Shown here: positions 7,775 through 14,221 of the stretch, one piece after another
How positions within the stretch are numbered: the first letter of the stretch is position 1
Layout: every line of letters begins with the position of its first letter
Source of the DNA: Verrucomicrobiota bacterium
Lineage (GTDB): Bacteria > Verrucomicrobiota > Verrucomicrobiia > Limisphaerales > JAHDYP01
Direction: 5' to 3'
DNA: 16,873 bases
NCBI GenBank assembly: GCA_046047235.1
Contig: JBJOII010000099.1
Coordinates: 1 to 16,873 of the forward strand
The notes under the pieces: generated by a model
What the model saw: only the letters and a program-made list of their open reading frames with translations
Database searches by the model: none
What the model was told of the DNA's origin: nothing
Made by a program: the position numbers and the translations under genes

Positions 7775-8605
7775 TCACCCCCCGCCAGCGCCGGAATACT
7801 TGGAAGCGCCCGGCATCGTTTTAAACCTCTCCAAGGCGCTCCTTCCCCAATCCTTCCGACGCTCCACGGCCCCGGGGCCTGCAACCCCGGCGGCCTGAAC
7901 CGCCTTCTGCCCCGCCACGGCAGGCTCGGCACTCACCACAGGCTTCGCAGGGACTGAGGGCACCGGCAAAACCGGAGCAGGTCTCGGCTCAAAAAATGAA
8001 CTCCTCCCGAGCCCCATACCCGATGTCGCCATCACCTCCCCCGGCTCCGTCGCCCCAACAGCCGCCACACCGATCTCACGCGCCAACTCGGCTTCCGGCT
8101 TCCAAACCAAACGCACCGACGGCACCGGCCCCACATGCACCACCAGCCGGTAATACACCTGCCCCGCCAGATCCACCCGGTCCACCATGGACTCCGCCTG
8201 TAAAATCGAAGCCAGCAACCCCTTCAGCACGGGTCGCTCGGCATTCGCCGTCACCAGCGACCGCAACGCCCGCTCCGATACATCCCGTACCCGATCCAAC
8301 TCCAACAACAACCTCGGCACCGGAGTCAGTTCCATCTGGAACTCACCCAGCTCATACCCCGCCTCCAAAATCACCGGCGCACCACCGTGGATCTCATGCA
8401 AGGCCTCCACCAACCGGTCCGGCCCCTCCGCCTTGAAGCCGGCTACACTCCCCTGCAACTCAACCTGCAGCTGGCGAAGCTGACCACTCGCCGCCGTGAC
8501 CGCCCCGCGAATCTCAGCCACCTTCGGCGGCACCAGCTGCAACGCCTCCTGAAACCGCGCCGCGCTGTCCCCCAAATGCTGCAGCTTGCGAATAAATTTC
8601 TTCAT
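7775..8605 (-). CDS. Hypothetical cytoplasmic protein of 276 aa. The N-terminal half is helical/coiled-coil-like and the C-terminal roughly 90 aa form a Pro/Ala/Val-rich low-complexity tail. It is the last gene of the flotillin-AAA cassette. The ORF-track start at 8677 would overlap the upstream gene, and the ATG at 8603-8605 (MKKFIRKL...) is preferred.
   Basis: The ATG at 8605 is preceded by GAGGAAAGG (a Shine-Dalgarno sequence overlapping the TGA of the giant gene), with only 13 nt between the genes. There is no TM segment or signal peptide. The tail reads ...FFEPRPAPVLPVPSVPAKPVVSAEPAVAGQKAVQAAGVAGPGAV... The stop is at 7775-7777. Confidence 0.6.
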   Translation of the reverse strand: MKKFIRKLQHLGDSAARFQEALQLVPPKVAEIRGAVTAASGQLRQLQVELQGSVAGFKAEGPDRLVEALHEIHGGAPVILEAGYELGEFQMELTPVPRLLLELDRVRDVSERALRSLVTANAERPVLKGLLASILQAESMVDRVDLAGQVYYRLVVHVGPVPSVRLVWKPEAELAREIGVAAVGATEPGEVMATSGMGLGRSSFFEPRPAPVLPVPSVPAKPVVSAEPAVAGQKAVQAAGVAGPGAVERRKDWGRSALERFKTMPGASKYSGAGGG

Positions 8606-8608
8606 AAC

Positions 8609-8619
8609 GATCCTTTCCT
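8609..8619 (-). promoter_or_regulatory. Shine-Dalgarno sequence (GAGGAAAGG) for the 276-aa gene, overlapping the stop codon of the giant ATPase gene. This indicates translational coupling.
   Basis: Plus-strand cctttcctc is the reverse complement of gaggaaagg, ending about 6 nt before the ATG at 8605. Confidence 0.5.
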
Positions 8620-11600
8620 CAACGCTCGGCCTGGCTGGCACCCTCCTGTTCCCCACCCTTTCCCGACTCCCCACCACGCACCGACAATGCCCGCTGGAAC
8701 TGCTCCAAAAACGCCTGCTCGTTCTCCATCATCTCCTGCGTCAACCGAATCTCCACCGTCCCGTCCCGCGCCTTCGCCAACAGCATCTCCTCCACGCTGC
8801 GCAAGTAATCCCGCTGCCTCGCCGCAATGTCCTTCAAGGTCGCCAAAGTGCTGTGAACCATCTCCATCTCATGCATCACACTCCCCATCCGGTCCGCCGT
8901 CGTCGCCGCATACACCTCCTGAATCACCCGCGTCAAATCCGCCCTCAACCCCTCCAAGCCCGCACCCACCCGATGCGCCGCCGACACCACGGCATCGGTC
9001 CCGCTTACCCCGGCACTCTCTCTCGCCCTCAACCCCTGCTCCATCACGGATCGCATCGCTTCCAACTGTCCCGCCAATGGAGCCAAATCCAGCGGAGCAG
9101 ACTCAGGCTTCGTCGCCTCACCCCGCTTCGCCAGCGCCTCACTCACCACCCCTCGCAACGCCGCCAGCCCCTGCTCCACCGGCCCCAGGTCCACCACCAC
9201 CGACGGCCCGGCATTCCGCGCCTTAAACTGCGCCTCCAAGGTCTGCCGGATCCCGTCCAACCCCGACTCAAAGGCCGACAACTGCGCCACCACCCGCCCC
9301 ACCGGATCTGAACCCTCCCCACCCTGAGACAACAGGTTCCTCCGAAACACGCGCTTGATGTCCGCCCAGCGCTCCGCCTCCGCCTCGGTCTGCACCCCCA
9401 GCAGTTCCTTGAACTTCAAAAGGTTCGCCTCCGCCCCCGTCGTCAGTGTCTGGGATTCCCCCCGATAATGCTCCACCACCAACGCCCGCACCTCCGCCTC
9501 GCTCAGGATCGGAACCACCTTTTCCGCCAGCCGGTTCATGTTCCGATACGAACCCTGCAGCTTGAACGCCGGCTCCGTCCGGTACGCATCGGCCTGCCCT
9601 GCCGAATGGATATACTCCTGGTTCACCCGCAGGATCACCTCGCGCACCGCCACCAGTTTCACCATCACCGACAAAAGTTCCTCCACCTCCTGCGCCGCAT
9701 AACTCCCCTCCAGCCCCTCCAGATCCCGCTCCCCCGTCTCTGCCATCCGGATAAACGCCCGAATGTCTTTCTGACTCTTGTTCGCCAACGGCGCCAAGGT
9801 CGCGTTCGATGTCACCGCATTCTCCAGGTAACTCCGCCGAAACGCCTCCGCACTCCCGCCCAGGATGTCGCCCAAATTGTACGTGTCCGCCCGGTTCGCC
9901 AACATGTCCGGTATCCGGAACTTCAAACCGCTCTCGGTATACGGATTGCCCGCCATCACCACCACCACCTTGCGCCCCCGCAAATCATACGTCCGCGGCC
10001 GACCACGCCAGACCCCTTCAATCTTCCGCTGTGCATCACACAACGAAATGAACTTCTGCAAAAACTCCGCATGACAATGCTGGATGTCATCCACATAGAT
10101 CATCGCATTGTCCCCCATCTCCAAGGCGAGGTTCAAACGCCGCACCTCCTCCCGCGCCGCCGCATTCGGCGCCTCCTCCGGATCCAACGATGTCACCCCA
10201 TGCCCCAAGGCCGGACCGTTGATCTTCACAAAAACAATCCCCAGCCGGTTCGCGATATACTCCATCAAGGTGGTCTTGCCATACCCCGGCGGCGATATCA
10301 CCAGCAGCAACCCCATCAAATCAGTCCGCTTCTGATCCCCCGCCGCACCCACCTGCTTCGCCAAGTTGTCGCCAATCAAAGGCAGATACACCTCGTCAAT
10401 CAGCTGGTTCCGCACAAAGGACGTCAGCACCCGCGGCTTAAACTCGCCCAACCGTAACCGCTCCCGCTCCGCATCCAGCAACTCCCGCTTCACCTCCTGA
10501 TACCGGTTGAACCTCGGCACCACCTCCGCCTCAAACCGCCCCAACCGCTTCCGAAAATCCAGATAATCAAACCGGTACACCCCGCCCGCTATCCGCCGGT
10601 GGCTCCCCTTCATCCCCTCCAGATCCACCCGCGTCCTCGCCTCCACCACTTCCCAATTCACCCCCTCCCCGCAAAACAATACCGCCGCCACTTCCTCCAA
10701 ATACCGCACTCCCTCCGCACGCCCGGACAAGAAACCCCGCACCCAGTCCCGCACCAACTCCAGCTCGCTTCCCGGATGCGACGCCACTTCCTCCCGCACC
10801 CGACGAAAATCACTCTCCGCGCCCAGCCGCACCAGGTCGGCTTCAAACGCCGTGACCTGCTCCCTCCCCTCCCGGCTCAACACAAACCCCTCGCTCGACG
10901 TCAATTGGTCAACCAGATACCCCGCCGCCGCACCACACAACCCCTCCGTATACAAACCGGTCTCCCGCACAAAATCCCCCAGCAACTTCTCCAGCCCGCG
11001 CCGATACCCCTCCTGTCTCGTGTCCCCGGGAAATAATCGGTTGCGCCGACCCAACCCCCTCAGCTTCGCACCCCATAACGCCCGCACCTCATCCGGACAA
11101 AACCGCTGCCAATACACCACCGCACACGCCCGCACCTCAGGCGCATACCGCGCCAAACCCAACGCCCGATGCGCCTCCGCCAGCACCCGTAAAATCTTCG
11201 CCCCATCCGCATCGTGCACCCCCTTCACATACCCCTCCTGATACCGCCCCCCCATATACTCCCGCACCCGCTCCAATATCACCCCCTCCTCCAATTCCCC
11301 CACAACCCCGCCACCCGCTTGCCCCAGCAACCAGGCCAGACATCCCTGCGCCAAATACTCGGCCCGATACACCTCCCCATCCTCAGATACGACCTCCTGA
11401 CCCCACGCCTCCCGCGTGCCCAAAAATGCCTCGTCCCGGATCACCTCAAAATACTGGGTCGATGTCAGATGAAAACAGGGCTCCCCCTCCCGCTGCACCA
11501 CGGTCAAATCCAACGCCTGCGTGTTGACATTAAAACGATGCCGCCCCAGCCGGATCACCGCCTGCCCCCCGACAAACAACTCCTGCCGATCCTTCAACTG

Positions 11601-14171
11601 CCGCACCGCATCCTGCTGCACCGACTTCAGCCGCCCCGCCAGATCATCCGCCTTCACGGAATCTTCCAGCGCCATCAAATGACCCATGGTGTCCCGCACC
11701 TTGCTCACCATCAGGTCCGACACCATGTAAGTGTGGATCTCCTCCACACTCTCAAAACCCGCCAACCGCGACTGGATCACTTTCAAGATCCGCTCCGCCG
11801 CCCCCATCAATGCCCCCGCCCGCCGATTCCGCTCCTCCACCAACGCCAGCTTCCGCTGCTCAAAGGCCTCATACAACTCCGCCCGCCGCCCCGCCAGCTC
11901 CACGGTGTAATCTTCAAAATCCGCAAACGCACCCTCCAACTCCTCCAACTGCACCGATATCCGGTTCAAATACTCATCACACCTCGCCGGCGTGTCGCAC
12001 AAATCCAAGTAGCTGGAGGCCGACTGCGACAGTAACTTCAACTGCGCCGCAAACTGCGCCGCACCCTCCTTCGACGCCAACTCCTTCAACCGCTGCTTCA
12101 ACGCCGCCTTGGCCTGGTTCAACGTCGCATACACCGACGTAATACCGTCCAGTATCCGCGTGGTCTCAGTCGCATCCTCAATCTTCAGGCTGTTCACCAC
12201 CTCCACCAGCATCTCCAGCCCGCCCCCCGCCTCACCAATCTCCTTCTCCAATGCCCGCCCCTCAGCCGCCTTCCCCACGACCTCCACCCCACGCAAAAAA
12301 CCGTCCGCCCTGCCCCGATGCCCGTCCAAGGCCTCAGGCAACAACAAGAACTTCACGGTCGCCTGCGCCAACTCATCAGTCTGCCCCACCACCGCCGCCT
12401 CCACTTCCCCCACCTGGCCCACATCCACATACCGCACCTCCCGCAACGCCAGCAAATCCCCGCGCAATCTCCGTAAACCCGCCAAATGCCCCACGTAATC
12501 ATCCAAACTCTTGAAACTCGTCCGCCGCACGGCCTGCATCCGCTCCTCACAATGCCCCCGCACCAACTCCATCCGCTCCCCCGCCTCCCGCTGCAACCGC
12601 CGCACTTTGTCAAACTCGTCCACCGCACGATCCGCCGCCTCCCTCACCCGGCCCAACGCCTCACCCACCCCATAACCCTCCTCGCCCCCCAGCCAGGAAT
12701 ACGCATCCAACATCGCTCCACACCGCCGAACGACATCTGTATACAACTCCGCATACGGTTCCTCCTTGCGCAACAAGGTCATCACCTCGTTCCCCTCCGC
12801 CAAACACCGCACCACCGCCTTGTTCCCCACCTGATACAAAAACGCCTCGCGCTGCCCCGCCGGCTCCTGCCCCGCCTCGTGAAACGGCGTCTGCCAAACC
12901 TGCACCAAATGATGCTTCTGCGCCTCCTGCTCCGCCCGAAACAACGCCACATGCCCGTTCGGAAATATCGAAAACCCATGACACCCCAACCGCTGCTCCA
13001 CCTTCTGCTCAATCAACCGATACGGCATCAACACGTAATCCCCACTCAGCCGATTGTAAAAAACATACAGGGAATCCTCCCCGTTCGGTGCATGCACCAC
13101 CCGCTCCACCAACAAATCCTTCTCCCGACTCTCAAATCGCTTCACCTCCCCCGTCGCCAAACAAACCCCATCCGGAAAAATCAACCCGTGATCCTCCGGC
13201 AACCGCACACACGACTGCCCAATCGAATCCACCCGCACCACCGTCCGCTGCTTGCCGTTGTAAATGAAATACCGCGCGTCCGCCTCCTTATACGGCCGCA
13301 CCCGCAACACCACCAGATGCTGCATCAACGCATACGCAATCTCCGCATCATCCACCTTCTGGTTCTTGTCCTCCACCGGCTCAGCATAAATCCCCTGCCC
13401 CGTGTCCGTGTTGTCCTCCACTTTGATGGTCAAATCCCCCTCGGTACACTCCACAAATAACCGGTCCTCAATCGATACATGCGGATGATCCCCATACCGA
13501 TACGCCTCCCGCCCCGGCGTCAACCAACGAAAATCATACTGCGGAGGAAATCCCACCCGACGATACTCCGCCTCCGCCCGACCATCCATATACCGCACCC
13601 CGCCCCCCTCAAAGGCCCACTTGAACACCGCAATGTCGTTCACCCCCGCCCCCGTCCCAAACACCATGTACAACCGACCCTCAATCACAGAGAATTTCCG
13701 CAGCCTGCTCTTCTCATACACGTTGTACAACCGCTTGAAATCCGCCTCAAAAACCGGATCCCGCAACACCTCCAGACTCTCCTCCCGAAAACTGCCCGTC
13801 TCTCCATCCCTCACGTAAACAGCAAACACATCCCCCAGATCCACCTGCCGCTTCAAACCAAAGTGCACGTTGAACCCAAATAAAAACCGCCCCTGCCCCA
13901 ACTGAACCATGTCCCGCGGAACACAGTTGTGCGACGTCACAATCCGGTCCGCCTGCAATAGCTGATACCCCACCGAACCAAAGACCTCGCGCCTCCGCTC
14001 ATCCAGCCGCGCCAACCCCAACCGCAACGCCTCCCCATGCTGCAATAACCGCTGCCGGATAATCTCATACGTCGCACTCCCCAACGCCTCCTGCGCCGAC
14101 GCCCCCACCACCGGCTGCCCCACGGCACCCGACGCCTCCTTCATCTCTCGCTCGTCTGCTGGCTCAGGCAT
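8619..14171 (-). CDS. Giant multidomain protein of 1850 aa with a central MoxR/AAA_5-type AAA+ ATPase core (about aa 1290-1440). An N-terminal region of about 1100 aa has no recognisable motifs; it is beta-rich and then helical. A helical, Ala/Glu/Arg-rich C-terminal region of about 480 aa follows the ATPase core.
   Basis: Walker A LLLVISPPGYGKTTLMEYIA (nt about 10265-10303). Walker B MIYVDDIQH (about 10081-10107). An AAA_5-specific sensor-1 block VVVVMAGNPYTESG...RIPDMLANRADTY (about 9947-9988) parallels the MoxR hhIATQNPxExxGTYxLPEAQLDRF block. A sensor-2-like LQGSYRNMNRL lies downstream. The ORF is 5.5 kb and uninterrupted. The start ATG is at 14169-14171 with an AGGA about 10 nt upstream. 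The stop TGA is at 8619-8621. Confidence 0.8.
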   Translation of the reverse strand: MPEPADEREMKEASGAVGQPVVGASAQEALGSATYEIIRQRLLQHGEALRLGLARLDERRREVFGSVGYQLLQADRIVTSHNCVPRDMVQLGQGRFLFGFNVHFGLKRQVDLGDVFAVYVRDGETGSFREESLEVLRDPVFEADFKRLYNVYEKSRLRKFSVIEGRLYMVFGTGAGVNDIAVFKWAFEGGGVRYMDGRAEAEYRRVGFPPQYDFRWLTPGREAYRYGDHPHVSIEDRLFVECTEGDLTIKVEDNTDTGQGIYAEPVEDKNQKVDDAEIAYALMQHLVVLRVRPYKEADARYFIYNGKQRTVVRVDSIGQSCVRLPEDHGLIFPDGVCLATGEVKRFESREKDLLVERVVHAPNGEDSLYVFYNRLSGDYVLMPYRLIEQKVEQRLGCHGFSIFPNGHVALFRAEQEAQKHHLVQVWQTPFHEAGQEPAGQREAFLYQVGNKAVVRCLAEGNEVMTLLRKEEPYAELYTDVVRRCGAMLDAYSWLGGEEGYGVGEALGRVREAADRAVDEFDKVRRLQREAGERMELVRGHCEERMQAVRRTSFKSLDDYVGHLAGLRRLRGDLLALREVRYVDVGQVGEVEAAVVGQTDELAQATVKFLLLPEALDGHRGRADGFLRGVEVVGKAAEGRALEKEIGEAGGGLEMLVEVVNSLKIEDATETTRILDGITSVYATLNQAKAALKQRLKELASKEGAAQFAAQLKLLSQSASSYLDLCDTPARCDEYLNRISVQLEELEGAFADFEDYTVELAGRRAELYEAFEQRKLALVEERNRRAGALMGAAERILKVIQSRLAGFESVEEIHTYMVSDLMVSKVRDTMGHLMALEDSVKADDLAGRLKSVQQDAVRQLKDRQELFVGGQAVIRLGRHRFNVNTQALDLTVVQREGEPCFHLTSTQYFEVIRDEAFLGTREAWGQEVVSEDGEVYRAEYLAQGCLAWLLGQAGGGVVGELEEGVILERVREYMGGRYQEGYVKGVHDADGAKILRVLAEAHRALGLARYAPEVRACAVVYWQRFCPDEVRALWGAKLRGLGRRNRLFPGDTRQEGYRRGLEKLLGDFVRETGLYTEGLCGAAAGYLVDQLTSSEGFVLSREGREQVTAFEADLVRLGAESDFRRVREEVASHPGSELELVRDWVRGFLSGRAEGVRYLEEVAAVLFCGEGVNWEVVEARTRVDLEGMKGSHRRIAGGVYRFDYLDFRKRLGRFEAEVVPRFNRYQEVKRELLDAERERLRLGEFKPRVLTSFVRNQLIDEVYLPLIGDNLAKQVGAAGDQKRTDLMGLLLVISPPGYGKTTLMEYIANRLGIVFVKINGPALGHGVTSLDPEEAPNAAAREEVRRLNLALEMGDNAMIYVDDIQHCHAEFLQKFISLCDAQRKIEGVWRGRPRTYDLRGRKVVVVMAGNPYTESGLKFRIPDMLANRADTYNLGDILGGSAEAFRRSYLENAVTSNATLAPLANKSQKDIRAFIRMAETGERDLEGLEGSYAAQEVEELLSVMVKLVAVREVILRVNQEYIHSAGQADAYRTEPAFKLQGSYRNMNRLAEKVVPILSEAEVRALVVEHYRGESQTLTTGAEANLLKFKELLGVQTEAEAERWADIKRVFRRNLLSQGGEGSDPVGRVVAQLSAFESGLDGIRQTLEAQFKARNAGPSVVVDLGPVEQGLAALRGVVSEALAKRGEATKPESAPLDLAPLAGQLEAMRSVMEQGLRARESAGVSGTDAVVSAAHRVGAGLEGLRADLTRVIQEVYAATTADRMGSVMHEMEMVHSTLATLKDIAARQRDYLRSVEEMLLAKARDGTVEIRLTQEMMENEQAFLEQFQRALSVRGGESGKGGEQEGASQAER
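9940..10305 (-). other. AAA_5 (MoxR/McrB/dynein-class) ATPase core within the giant protein: Walker A, Walker B, and the NP sensor-1 plus arginine block.
   Basis: The motif positions were located in the nucleotide sequence: ggtcttgcc is GKT on the minus strand at 10271-10279, the codons for IYVDDIQ lie at 10081-10101, and the codons for VVVVMAGNPYT lie at 9947-9980. Confidence 0.7.
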
Positions 14172-14221
14172 GTCTCAGTCCTGCCACACATCATTTCACC
14201 CAGCCCACCCCAACCCGCCAA

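Noticed and set aside
8387-13460. A series of long plus-strand ORFs (279, 241, 329, 273 and 324 aa, etc.) that are extremely Pro/Arg/His/Leu-rich. They lie antisense to the giant ATPase gene.
   Set aside because: The C-rich plus strand yields CCN/CGN/CAC codons, so these translations are low-complexity with no motifs. All sit inside a 5.5-kb uninterrupted minus-strand ORF that carries a canonical AAA_5 signature.
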